The position numbers and the translations under genes are program-made. Positions 32,893 through 46,199 of a DNA stretch of 64,000 nucleotides are shown piece by piece. Positions within the stretch are counted from its first letter, which is position 1. Every line of letters begins with the position of its first letter. The stretch comes from Geosiphon pyriformis uo1. Taxonomy: Eukaryota; Fungi; Glomeromycota. The notes under the pieces are model-generated. The model ran no database searches and was not told the DNA's origin. It saw only the letters and a program-made list of their open reading frames with translations. The DNA is taken from assembly GCA_016748015.1 (NCBI GenBank), contig JAAOMT010000384.1:62001-126000 (forward strand). The letters run 5' to 3'.

Positions 32893-33129
32893 GCAGTAAT
32901 TTCGTAGAATAATAGATCCAGAAACAATTATACATGTTATAAAATTCGTTTCAAAATATTTAGTTTTAGATTTAGATTTTTGATTTAACTAAGGCCATAA
33001 TCAGATATTTGAAAATAATTTCTAAATTCAAATAGCCGTTCATCTTATATTGGATTAAATATATTGAATATTGAAAATGTTTTGTATTCTTTAAAATCAT
33101 TATTGCATAACTTTTTGTGATTCAAAGGT

Positions 33130-33650
33130 TAAGAAAAAGGAAGCAAATAGTTTACATATATTTATAAAAACTCATATGTCCATAAAAGAAAAAAAACAAT
33201 CATCATTTCTTATAATGTAATTTTCAATAGTAAAAACAGCTAAACAAAATGTTTTAAAGACATTTCTTCTAAATAATACAAATTTAAAACAATCTTTAAT
33301 TGTTTTAAAAACATCTTTCTTTTTAATTGAAAGCTTGTTTTCGGTTAAAATTTCATTTAAACAACACATTAAAAACAATTCTAATATTGTTATTAAAAGT
33401 TTTAAAGTTTTTAATAACAAACCAGTATTATCAATAATATTTGTAAATATTGTAATTGTAAAAATAGCCAAAATAATTGTAGTTGTAGTTTAAACAAGTT
33501 AAACTCTTTTACAAAAAAAATTTTATGTTTATAAAACAAATTTATTTGTGTTGTCATTAATTTTAAACAAAGTATAATCCAACTATTACTTAAGAATATA
33601 CAATAAAAAATCACTTATAAAAGACATAATTTATATATTTGTTATATGTA
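33130..33650 (+). mobile_element. Highly decayed fragment related to the ORF1 element at 34019
   Basis: 33340-33430 aligns by eye with 34218-34320 (...gttaaaatt...cacatt...aaagtttttaataacaaaccagt); extremely AT-rich. Confidence 0.5.
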
Positions 33651-33949
33651 ACCAGTTATTCAAACCAGTTAAAACTAAAAATCACAAAAAAACAAAAATA
33701 AAATCAAATAAATAAGTATTATATATATTTATTAAAGCTAAAAAACTAATTATATTAAATATTATTAATTAAATTTTGTTTTTTATAAACAATTCTGAAT
33801 TTAAAATTGGTCATGCTTATTTTTTTTTAAAATTATTAATTAAATTTTAAACAAAAGCAATAATATTAAAAATTTTAAAAAAATTTAAAACTTTTTATAT
33901 TAATTCTTAAAATCTAATTTCTTGATAAAAGCTATATATATAATATTTT

Positions 33950-35478
33950 TTTTAATTAAAAGTAAATATTACAATAATAAAAAACCAAAAAACTTTTTGT
34001 TTTTTTAATTTTATAATCATGACTAAAGCAAAAAGTAAAAAAGCTGTATCTATTATTTTTTCTATATTAATTAATAAGATTTTAACACGAAAGGATTTCT
34101 TTATTATTGAAACAGCTAAATATAATATTTTGGCTATATTTTCCTTAATTATTGATAATAATAGGCTGTTTTTGGTAGCCACTAAAGCATTTTTTTCATC
34201 TTTTAACTGGTAAAAAACCAGTTAAAATTCTCTTAAAGAGACACATTTGGATTAGTTTTAGTGTTGCCTTCACTTTTTCTAAGAGTCCAAAAGTTTTTAA
34301 TAACAAACCAGTTAACAAACTGGTTTTTTCTATTATAGTTTCTATATTTGGTGCTACTAGCATCACTTCTTCAAATAAAATAGTTAAAAAAACCAAAAAT
34401 TCAAAAAAGTAGGGCAATTGCTTATTTCTGCTATTATTACATTAAACTCTTTTGTAATTCCTAATAAAATTTTAAGTAAGATTTTCACTGTATTATTTAG
34501 TATATTGTTTAAAATAAGCCAAGATCAACCACTGGCTGTGTTGTTAGATGTGGTGTTTTTTGGCAAATTTTTGCCAATTTTAGATGTAAAACAACACTTT
34601 TCTGTTGAATTATCTGTTCTTAAAAACTGGGCTAATCAAATAAAAACTAAATCATTTTCTCTAGTTTCTGGTACTACTATTGATAGTATTTGGAAAACTA
34701 TTACTAATTGTCAAAAGTTTGCTAAGTAAATGGCCTCTATTCTGGTGTCTGGTGCTATTTTAAGATCAAATTAGCTTATATTAAGACTGTTTTTCAGTCT
34801 ATATATGGTTTTTTGGATGTAAAGTCAGTATTAAAAGACAATATAAAGCTTTTTTGTATAGAATTTGCTTTTTAAGTGTCTTTGGAAACTGTATTTTTGG
34901 TTGAATTTACAAGCTCTGTTTATTTAGCCACTCTCAAAATTGCCAAGTCTTTAGTAGTTTCTGAATTTAGTTCCTTTTCTGCTGTTGTTATGCTGTATAA
35001 TATGTCTTTGAGTGTGTCTGCTGCTAATATTAAGACAGCTTTTGGTGTGTTTAGTGATATTGTTTGTGTTGTGCTAAAGCCTGCTAGTATTTGGCAATAT
35101 GTGGTTGTTTATTTTAAAAAGTTGGATTCTGTTGTATCTATTTTAAATTATTGATTAGTTTTGGTGAACAAAAATAGTGTTAGGATTCTTTCCTTAGTAA
35201 ATCAAAATGAGACTATTCTGTTTTACAATAGTTTTAAGGCCAAGTTGGTCAATTTTTCTTTTGGTTGTATTGTCTTTGAAATTAGTAATATGATTTTTCA
35301 GGTTGGTAGTCATACATGTTTTATCCCCCATTTTTCTAATTCTGGTCAATGTTCTCAGTTTGTTCTGGTTACTTTTGGTTCTTAGATTGATTTGAATGCT
35401 GCAGTTTTTAAGACTAGTATGCTGAAAAAGTGCTATATCTGGTAAAAAACTTCTAGTTGTTGACATTGTTTTAAGTGT
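33950..35478 (+). mobile_element. ORF1-only LINE derivative, 5' part (interrupted by Gypsy A)
   Basis: Decayed ORF from 34019 (MTKAKSKK...) with RRM-like segments like those of LINE ORF1, ending HCFKC at the insertion site. 5' boundary approximate. Confidence 0.75.
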
Positions 35479-36312
35479 TATTATAGGTAATTATTTGGGA
35501 TCTCGAATCAAATAACAAACTCATAACTTGGTGCTCAATAACTAAATTATCTTGGTAATATCTGAAGGTTTTAGTTATTTGAAAGTTTTGGTTGAGTTTT
35601 TTATATAATGAACAGAGATTTAATAGAGTACAAGTCTTTTATGATAAGTTTCCCAATTTTTTTCTTCAGCTTAGTGGCCAGTTTATTCTGACAGTTATGC
35701 CTTTTTGGTAAATTATTCAATTCTTACTCTGTATTTTTTTATTTGGGTTTTTTATCAGGCTATCCATAACATTGATAATTTAATGCTTAATCTTTAATCA
35801 ATTAGTCAACAAAAATAAAACAATAAAAGAAAGACAAGAAAATATAATAGAAAATAAAGAAATAAGCCAAGGCAATGAATATTAGTATTTCATCAATAGC
35901 TGTAATCAAGAGCTATTGTTCTAGCATGATTAAGTATGAGCAATTATCAATATGAAATGTTGATAGTGAAGAGTAAATTAAGATAACAAATAATTATTTA
36001 TTAATATTTGTGAATTAAAAGATTGCTTAAATAAAATCTAAACTGAGAGGTTTGTTTTTTCTGCTTTTAATATTACTGCTATATATACATATTTGAGATT
36101 TCTTAATTCTTTTATTCTTCCTGCCAGAAATCCTGAAATTCTTGGAATTCTGCAATTTCTCAAGAAGAATCTTGGAATTCTGGAATCCTGCAATTTCTCA
36201 TATAAAAATTTTGTAATTCCTTTGAGAAGAATTCTGGAATTCCATATTTTACTATGTCTACTTCTAATTGGCTAATATATACTACTATGATTTCTATCTT
36301 CTATGAGTAATA
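35479..36312 (-). repeat. 3' LTR of Gypsy A
   Basis: Aligns end to end with 44470-45301; termini TATTA...TAATA are consistent with mutated TGTTA...TAACA. Confidence 0.92.
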
Positions 36313-39300
36313 TTATTCCCTTTTTTTAATATTAAGCTCTATTAAAATTCCTGAACTCTTCTAATTTTTTTTCTTTAATTATTTCTTGAATTTTTTTTTC
36401 AAAAATCACTTGTGTTATTTTGGTTTGTAATTTTTCAAATTGAGCATTGGTCATTTTATCTATTTGATTAGTAATAACTATGTTCATTATTGTATTGAGT
36501 AGTATTTCTGATTGGTTTTGAAATCCAGCATATAATCAATAGATGGCTCTTGCTTGTGTTGTTAGATTGTTTTTTCCCACAAATTGCTTAAGTTGATGTA
36601 GTATTGTTGTGTCAAATAATTATTTTGTTTTATTTGTATATAAGTTCTGAATATTCAAATATTGTTCCAAGTGAAAATAAAAAAAGTTTCTTGGAAATTG
36701 TTGTATCTATCAGTTCCATGTTTCTATCATCAATTTTTAATATGATATATCTTCTGTTTGTATTTTTATTGCCACTTTTACTTTTGTTATTATTTTGTCA
36801 ATGGTGTTTTCTGGTTTTCTCTGTTTCTCATGTTGAGGTCTCTTCTTTGTATTTTTATATCAAATAGTTTGTTGGTTAATAGTAATTTCCATATTTTGTT
36901 GTTGAATCAGTTGAAAAAGTTATTGTGCCAATGTGTGTATATTGTTAGTAATTTCTATTTTTCTAGTATTTTTTGTCGTGTATATCATGTCTTTATATAC
37001 TTTTTTGGTTGTTCAATTTGACATGTTTGGTTCAATAATTATGATTGGTTCCAGATTTCATGGAAGCTCATCTGGTTGAACTAGTATTTGTTGTACTCTT
37101 AGTTGTGGAATATTATTGGTGGATAATAATATTATATGGTGATATAGATTCAGTCAATCACTATGTGCTGCTTTGGCTAAGATTTTGTTGTTTTATCTTA
37201 ATTTATAAGCTCTATTTCCAAGAATTTCTTCTATGTAAAATGATCTGTCCCATTTGGGGTCAAATTTTCTACTTTATTGTTTTTCTACTTTGATATAATA
37301 TAAAAGTACTTTGTCTCCAATTCTGAATTCAACTGGTTTATCTGATAGTTGGTTATCATGTCTTTCTTTTTGTTTTTTTTGTAACTTTTGAATATTCTCA
37401 GCTGCTTTTTGCTGTTTGTTTTCTAGTGTTTCTATTAAGTCATATGTTCTTCTCAACAATGTTTTTTGGAAATTGTCTTTTGTTATTGGTTCAGTTGGAT
37501 ACATATTGACTTTTATCTTAACTGGTAAGATTACTGTTCTACTGTATACTAATTCAAATGGTGTTGTTTGTGTAGTGTCTTACTTCATTGTTCAATAAGC
37601 AAATAATATTAATGACATAAACAAATCTCATTTGTCTTGATTTTTTTGACTGATTTTGGCAATTGCTTCACACATTGTTCTATTGAATCTTTTGACTAAG
37701 CCATTGGTTTATAGATAATATGGTAATAATAATGGTCTTTTTATTTTAAATCTTTGACTTAATTCTGCCAATGTTCTATTTACAAAGTAAGTTCTTTGGT
37801 TGGATAGTAATTTCTTTAGGCATTCATGTTAACAAATCAAATCTTGATGAATGAATTTGGCAATGAATTTTGCATCTGCTTTTTGAATGACTTTTGCTTC
37901 TGGCCACTTAGTAAGATAGTCCATGACTATTGCAATATATTTGTTTCCTTTGCTGGTTATTGTTAATGGTCTGACTAAGTCAATTCCAATATAATTGAAT
38001 GGTTGTTCTACTTTGATTGGTCTTAATGGCTCATTGGGTTTTGTTCCTTCTTTTCTCTAACAAGCATAACAATTTTGAACATATTAGATGATGTTTGAAT
38101 ATATAGATGGCCAATAGTATCTTTTTTTGGTTCTTTCTATGGTTGCTTCTTTATGGAAATATCCTGCTGTTGAATCTGAATGCATATTGAATAGTATTGT
38201 TTCTTTTTTTGGTTCCATGATTACTCTAAATAGTTGGTCTGGATCCTTTTTATTTTTCCATTATAAGATATTTGGTAAGTGATAAAATATTTGGATTGTT
38301 GTTTTATGTTGTTTCATTTCTTTGGAGATAATTTTTCTTTGAACTGCTGGGTATTAATATAATGTTAGAGTTGTTGATATTTTTGTATATTCATCTTTTG
38401 TTATATTTTTGGATTGGAATGTTAGATTTGTTTTATTCGTGACAAACTGTCAACATTTCTGTTTTCTTTTCTCTTTTTGTAATGTATTGTATAATTAAAT
38501 GGTAAAAGTTTTATTTTCTATCTAGGATAACAATTGTTTTCAAATTTTTGTTTCTGAATTGAAATCAATTCTTTATGATCAGTGTATATGTCAAATTTCT
38601 GGCTTAAGTATTCTTTTCATTTCATAACTGCCTAATAGATTGCTAAGTGTTTTAGTGCTAAAGTTACATAGTTTTTTTCAACTGAACTTAAGCTGCAACT
38701 AGCATATGTTACTGGATGTTCTCTTCTATTTGGTTTTTTTTAAGATAGTATAGCTCTTAATGTTTGATCTGACACATCAATTGTGATTATGAATGGCTTG
38801 CTATGATCTGAATAGATCAGTACTAAAGCTTGAATAAGTTTTCTTCTTAATGTATTAAAGGCTTCTTGCTGTTTTTCCATCCATTCATATTTGGTGTTCT
38901 TTGCTTAGAGCTGGTGTAATGGCTGAGCTAGTTTAGAAAAATCTTTGATAAAGTAACAGTAGTAATCTGCAAATCCTAAGAATGCTTATAGTTTGGTCAA
39001 GTTGGTGGGTATTGAATAGTTTTTAACTATCTTAATTTTGTTTGAATTTGTTTTGATTCCGTTTTTACTTACAATATGTTCTAAGAATTTTAATTCCATT
39101 TTTTCAAAGAAGCATTTAGTGGTATTTAACTTTAATTCTGTTCTTCTTAGTCTTTCAAATACTTGTTGAAAATGGTATAAATAATCATTAAATGTCTTGG
39201 AAAACACATTGGTGTTATTTAAGTAAACAACTACTAATTTTCACAATAATTCAGTATAGACAATTTTTATAAGCCATTGGAATATAGCTGGTGCATTTAT

Positions 39301-42300
39301 TAAGCCAAAAGACATAACTTCAAATTTGAAATTTTTTTCTTGAGTTGTAAAAGCCATTTTCTTCTTATCTTCTGGTTTCATGGCTACTTGCCAGTAACCA
39401 CTGTTTAAGTCTAAAGTTAAGAACCATTTTTTTCCTCCAAAAGCATTGAAAAGTTCTTGGATCTTTAAAATTAAATAGCTATCTCTTTTTGTTACTCCAT
39501 TAAGTTTTTGGTAATTTACACAAAAGTAGATTTTTCTATTCTTTTTATGAACTAATACTATTGACAATGACAATAAACTCATTAATGATTGAATTAACCC
39601 ATTGTTTAACATCTGATTGATTTCTTGTCAAATGATTTTATGGCTTACTAGTAGTACTTGGTATGCTCTTTGTTTAATTGGCATTGCATTTTCAGTCTTA
39701 ATTTGATGTTGAATTATGTTAGTTCTGCCAAATTTGTTTTCACTAACAAAAATATCAGTAAAGTTGTAAAGTAGCATTTTGAGTTGTATTTGTTACAGTG
39801 GATCCAAGTTTCTTAAATTCATTTGTTCTAATTGTTTTGGTTGGAGCAAATAACATTTTCTTTGTTTATATATTGTTTATGATGTAATGTTTACATATCT
39901 ACACAGTTGTGGAAAATCTGAAATGGTGTTTGGTGGTTGTTTTTCCACTTCAATGCTTAAATATCTGATAGTGGTTCTTTTTGGTATCTCAATAACATCT
40001 TCTGTTGTATTGTAAATGGAAATTTTGACATGTTTAGAGCTTTTGGCTGGTATGTAAAGATTGATAAGTTCAATTGTTTCTGATTCACAAATTGTAGTTT
40101 TCACTTCAAAAATTTGAGCTTGGTCTTTTATTTTCCTTTTTATGGCTAATATGTACTGGTTAGAGATAATTTCTCTTTTGTCAACAATTTTTTCCTCTGT
40201 CATATTAATTGGTATGTCTATTCTATTCATAGATTTAAATCCATTAATCTCTCTAGTGGTAATTTTTAATTCTTCTCTGTTTCTTATTAATACTAATTGA
40301 GCTATTTTAACCAGAGGCAGGAATATTGCCTGTGCTATTTTTTTATTAGGCTCTATAGTATAGATCTTTTCCAAGTCATTTTGTAGCATTGCAATAATAT
40401 TTTCTACATATTCTGTGTTAATTATTCTTTCTCTAATGTTAATTCCCTTTTTTGCTAAACTATTCTTGGATGCTAATTGAACTATTGTTGTTGCTGGGAT
40501 TTTCAGTATTACTTTAAAATTAATACAAATGCATGAATATGGTTTTAATTTTATGGCTTCTTTTTCCAGATATCTTAGATCAAATTCTGCATTAATATTA
40601 TGCATACATTTGGACATAATATCTTCATTGCTATTACTAAACTATTTAAGTTCTTGTTTTTTAAAGAAATTAAGAAGCACAATATATTGTTTTGGGTTTA
40701 AATTGGAGTCTGAATTATTGTTATTTTCATTGCCATTTTAAATGGAACTGGAACTATTATTTTCATCATTATTGTTGTTGATGATAGGTTGTAGATGAAG
40801 TCACACTTATTACAATATTAAAAGTCATATAGAATCAAACAGTGGTCACATAATCAAGTATTTAGCTGCTCTAAACATTGTTCTTGCTCTTCTTTAATGG
40901 ATGCTAATTCTTGGTAGTGTTTGTGAAATTGTTTTGGGTCCATAAAATCTAGAACAATATCTGAATTTGGGTCCCAATCAAGTTCTATGAGTTTTGGTAA
41001 GTTGTTTTTAATCACTTTTATTTCTTTTGGTAATGCTCCTTCAATTTTGGCAAGTGCTATACACCATATTTTGTTGTTATTATGTAAACACCCATCCAAA
41101 TGTCTTACTGCTCTTCTCCATGCTGCTTCTATTAATGTTTTTTTTCTTATTCAGTCACTTATTAGGATCATGTATTGGCACAATTTGTCATATATTCTTT
41201 TTCACTCTGGAATTTTATTCTATATTTCTTCATCTAATAAAGTTTTTCCACATGTAAGGCATGATTCATTATCCCATTTTCCTTGTTGTTTAGATCATTC
41301 AAAATGCTCTAGGACACATAATTGGCAATAAAATTTTGTTGCTGTTGGATATTCTTTATTATCATCACAGCATGCATTCATTGATGACAATTTCTTGTCA
41401 CAATCAATGCATACCAGTTTCAGTTAGTGATAGTTAGACAGTTGTGGTAAGATATAGCTGTATAGAGTATAAGTTGTAGTGTTTGTTGGTACTGGCTCTT
41501 TTTTTTTCTCTTTTCCTTTCTTTTTTTCAGTTTCCTCTCACTTCCAAATTAGTGTCAGCTTATTTTGATTGTTGTTAGTTCACAATATTTAGTCATTATT
41601 CTAGGTAAGTTTTTTTTTTCACTTTTTCTTTTCTTTATTATTCTATAAGAGTATGAGCAGTAATTTGTTGTGTTTGTTATCAGTCCACAAGACTTGGTAG
41701 ACTTTCCAGATAGGTTTTTCCTTTTTTTCTTTGAGCTTGATTAGTGTTGCTAGAGTGTGAATGGTCTTGAAATGACCACATGTGGCTGGTACATATGTGT
41801 GTTGTCTGTTCTAACTAAGTTGGAGCTTTTGTGTAATCCAATCAAGCACTGCATTGGTTTTGGACAATTAGTTATTTCCAACTAGTACTTGATATTGGGT
41901 TGCTTCTATTACCAAGACTTTGATAGGAGCTATAATACCATTAACTTCAAAAAAAAAGTTGTTGATTTTGCCAATAGAAGTTTTGGTTGCTTTATTAGCT
42001 ATAATAATTCTGGCATTGGCAGCATAATCAACTTGGTGACCTAATTGGTCCATAAGTTGTCATGTAATAATACTGCCTACTGATTTGCTATCAAAGATCA
42101 GTTTGATGAACTGACTATCAACTTTGGCATCAGTGTACATTGCAGTAATAGATTTTGCATCAAGAGTGGCTTCACTAAAAAGAGGTGGTTTTGCTGGTTC
42201 TTTTATTTCAAAAAAAAAAATTGCTGATAATAATTTATTGTTGGTAACAGTTGCTAGTGAGATGTTACTAGTAAGTGGTATTTGGTTAGTTTTCTGATTG

Positions 42301-44469
42301 TTAGTTTGAGTATTCTCTAAGGTCACAAAGAGGCTTAAATAGTTCTGTAAATTTGGGTTTTGGGCATATCCAGTTCCCGAATTCCACTGGCATAGTTCTG
42401 ATTATAGAATTAATAAACTGAAGATTGGTTAATAGATTACCATTGTTGATCTTCAATTTTGCTAAATAGTTCTTGGCCTTTGATTTTTAGTGGGTACTGT
42501 CATTTGTGGTGGTGTTTGGATTTGCTGAGGTTAATAAATTATTTGTGGCTGTGGTTAATAAACAACTGATACTAGAGTTTAATAAATAGGTAATTAATAA
42601 ATTGGCTGTTGCATTATTGATAAGTAATTTGGTTAATATGATTCTAGATTTGGTTGATATTCAGAATTTGAAACTGGCAATTGGGGTTTTGATATTGATT
42701 TCCTAATCATTGATCATTTAAGCAGTTACAATAATTGATTTGTAAATGGCTTTGTTTACCATAATAGTAGCAACTATGCATTTTAGCTCACTATTGCTAA
42801 TTGGTAGATAATGATAGATGTGATTAATTTTGGGAACAATTTGAGTTTTCCTGATTATTGCATCATTGTAATGGTTAATAAATGACTTAATTGTTAGCTA
42901 AGTATCTCTCTAATTTTTGATTAATGGATTCCATTAATTGTTTCAGTTTTAAATCCAAGTCAGATGATCCATTCATTACTAAATTGATGGCTTGAGCATG
43001 GTTGGCTTTTAATTCAGCTAATTCTAAATTTCTGACATAGTTAATGGTATTTTAAAAAGTAATTGGGCATAGTAGGCATATGTATTATAGTAGGCTGCTG
43101 TACAACCCATGAATAAACTGATTCAAAATCTGAAGTACTATAAAGTATTTTGCATTGATGATCTGAATTTGATGCAAATTTTGGTAGAAGCATCCCAAGT
43201 AAGTTGTGACTGCTTTAGTGTCTCCTTGCTTAATAGTAGTAAAATTAGTTGTTAAGTAATTAATACTTTTATAATTGCTGAAATATTGCAGAAACACAAC
43301 TTTAAATGCATTGAAATCTTGGAGTTTGTTTACAAAATCTTGGTACCAAAAATTGGTGGTGTCTTACAGAAAGTATAAAATGGCTTATATTGCTCTAATG
43401 TCATTCCAGTTGTTGGTGGTTATTGCTTTGACTACATCATTGAGCCAAACTTGAGCATTATTTTCTTTGCTGGTGAATTTTTCTAGCTTGGTGATTGGAA
43501 CATAGGCCATTGGTATGATTAATGGTTGTTGGAGTGGCTGTTGAAATGATTATTGAAGTGGTTGTTACTAAGGTTGTGGCAGTGGTGTGGCAATTGGTGA
43601 TGAATTGATCACAATTCTTGAAGATAAGTTTTGATGATTAATAATGTCAGGGTTCAAATTATTCTGGTTTTGTGGAGTTAAAACACTTGGGTTTTGGAGT
43701 GCTGGGTTTTCTGAGATCAGGTTTTTTGTATTAATTTCCTGATTGCTATTCTCTTTCTCAGAGTCAGTTAATTCCCAAGAACTGGTGGCTCTGAAATTTG
43801 GTGATAATAGTGGTAATTAAATTTCTAATGACATTGGAAATTGTGATTTAAATCCCTCAAAATAATTACTGTACATTCTTAGTAACTCTGCTTTCTTTTG
43901 TTTACTTTGGAACAGAATTCTGTTTAATAGTGTTGTTGCACTTGCTGTAGACAGATCTATTATATTAATAGTGCTTCCAGATGTGTGGTGATATAATGGA
44001 TTAGCAAGTAAATCAAATCTTTGTTTTTTTCAAGTGGATAGTTGAATTTGCTTTGGGGTTTCTGCTGGTGTTTGTAATCTTTCTTTTCTTTTGTTAGCAA
44101 AAGTGATAAGAAATCTTTGCTTGGTGTATTTTTTAATTTCTCTGCTTATTTCTGTGATTAGAGATGTAATAAATAGTTTTGTAGAAGGGTAGTGCTTTGG
44201 AGTAGTTTACTAAAGAAATTATTAAAAATGAATTTTAAATCTCTTTGACCTCCCAAGTAGTATGCAATTTTTTTATTGACATAATAATTGAAAGCTGATT
44301 TTGTTGGCCAATTACTATTTGTTAATTTGAAATGAGTGTAATAATGTTGAAATAAGAATTTTGCAAATCCCAAGTGGTTTGTCTCTGTTTTTTCAGATTC
44401 TGCCATTGTTCACATAATTGCTGTTAATACTGGTTTTCTGTTAGATTAAACTTCACAGGGAGCACCAAA

Positions 44470-45301
44470 TATTACAAGTAATTATTTAGGGTTTCGAATC
44501 AAATAACAAATCCATAACTTGGTGTTCAATAACTAAATTATCTTAGTAATATCTGAAAATTTTGGGTTATCTGAAAGTTTTGGTTATCTGAAGATTTTGG
44601 TTAAATCTTTTGTATAATGAACAGAGATTTAATAGAATGCAAGTCTTTTGTAATAAGTTTCCCAATTTTTTTCTTCAGCTTGATGACCAGTTTATTCTGA
44701 TAGTTATATCCTTCTAATAAGCTATCTAATTCTTATTCTGTACCCTTTTATTCAGGTTTTTTACCAGGCTATCTGTAATGTTGATAACTTAGTGCTTAAT
44801 CCTTAATCAATTAGTCAACAAAAATAAAACAATAAAAAAAAGACAAAAAAATATGATAGAAAATAAAAAAATAAGCCAAGGCAAATGAATGTTAGTATCC
44901 TGTCAATAGCCATGATCAAAAGCTATTGTTCTAATATGATTAAGTATAAACAGCTATCAACATAAAGTATTAATAGTGGAGAATAAATTAAGATAGCAAA
45001 TAATTATTTATTGATATTTGTGAATTAGAAGGTTGCTTAAATAAAATCTAAACTAAGAGATTTGTCTTTTTTGCTTTTAATGCTACTGCTATATATTCAT
45101 ATTTGAAATTTTTCAATTTTTCTATTCTTCCTGCCAAGAATCCTGGAATTCCTGGAATCTTGCAATTCCTTGTATAAAAATCTTGTAATTCCTAAAATTC
45201 TGTAATTTCTCTAAGAAAAATTCTGGAATTCTATATTTTACTATGTTTACTTCTGATTGGCTAATATATATTACTATGATTCTTATCTTCTATGAGTAAT
45301 A
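44470..45301 (-). repeat. 5' LTR of Gypsy A
   Basis: Partner of 35479-36312, with the PBS immediately adjacent. Confidence 0.92.
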
Positions 45302-46102
45302 GTATTAAGAGTTGAACCATCTGGCTGTAGACTGTAAAGTTTTTTTATCTTTTCCTTCCAAGTTTTTTAAAGTTTTTAAACTGTATTTTGTGAGTTCTGT
45401 GTTATATGCAAAGGCTACTGCTTTTCTAGATTCTTTTAGGTTTTCTTTTTTGGTGGCTTTTGCTTCTTTTTTTTCTGTGATTGTTGGCAATCTTTTGGTG
45501 TCTTCTCATTTAGTTTCTTTGGAATTCAATCTGGCAAAATTGTCAACTTTGGTTGAGTCAATTGTTAAGTTTGTAAGTGGTTTAGTTACTGTGTTTAAAC
45601 AACTTATTAAGGATAATCTTACCTCTAATAATATTCTTAGTCTCAAAGTTAATAAGCTTATGGTTTATCTGGGTTTTTTTGGCAAGATTGTTAGTAAGTT
45701 AAAAAGAAAGATGGTTTTTTTAAAAAAAGAGTGCTGTATAAATGATATTGATATGTTAAGTAATTCAAAGCATTTATCTGGTATAAATGATGATGTGTTT
45801 TCTAACTTGATGTTTCTTTGGGTACATAAGTCTGTTAATATTAAAACTGATTTTTTAAAGACAGCCAAATAGCTAATTGAACTAGTTTCTTGTAGTATTA
45901 CTTTATTTGATGTTATTTAAAAAATGTCATCTTTGGATAAGTTTTTTTCTGTTATATTAATATAGTATAGTCTAAACTGGCTTAAGTAGCTGGTTATATA
46001 TAGAAAACATATAAATTACATTTAGTCTTGAAACACTTAGTTTGTTCCTAATTTTTAAATAATAGTTGGATCTTATTTGTTAAATTTTAATAAAAAAAAA
46101 AA
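45302..46102 (+). mobile_element. ORF1-only LINE derivative, 3' part with LINE-like tail and poly-A
   Basis: Resumes *ELNHLAVDC (completing the CCHC knuckle), coiled-coil-like C-terminus, stop ~45964, then a ~130-nt tail homologous to 6721-6859 and an A-run at 46092-46102. Confidence 0.78.
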
Positions 46103-46199
46103 CTCCCCAATTCATAATAGTATTATAAGTTAAAAATAGTTAAAATTTCTTTTTTTTTACATCTTAAATTCACAAAAAAAGTACATTTATTGAAAAGAA

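Larger units (their letters stand above)
35479..45301 (-). mobile_element. Ty3/Gypsy LTR retrotransposon A (degenerate; gag, PR, Cys-rich domain, dUTPase, RT, RH, IN, extra region)
   Basis: Direct-repeat LTRs 35479-36312 and 44470-45301; TSD GTGT/GTAT; PBS TGGTGCTCCC at 44467-44458; PPT at 36313-36327; RT TLDLNSGYWQV (~39410), integrase MDYLTKWPEAK (~37920), PR remnant LIFDSKS (~42090). RT-RH-IN order is Ty3/Gypsy. Confidence 0.93.

Noticed and set aside
36604-37293. Hydrophobic plus-strand ORFs resembling membrane or env proteins
   Set aside because: They are antisense to an A-rich element strand, and T-rich codon bias explains the hydrophobicity.
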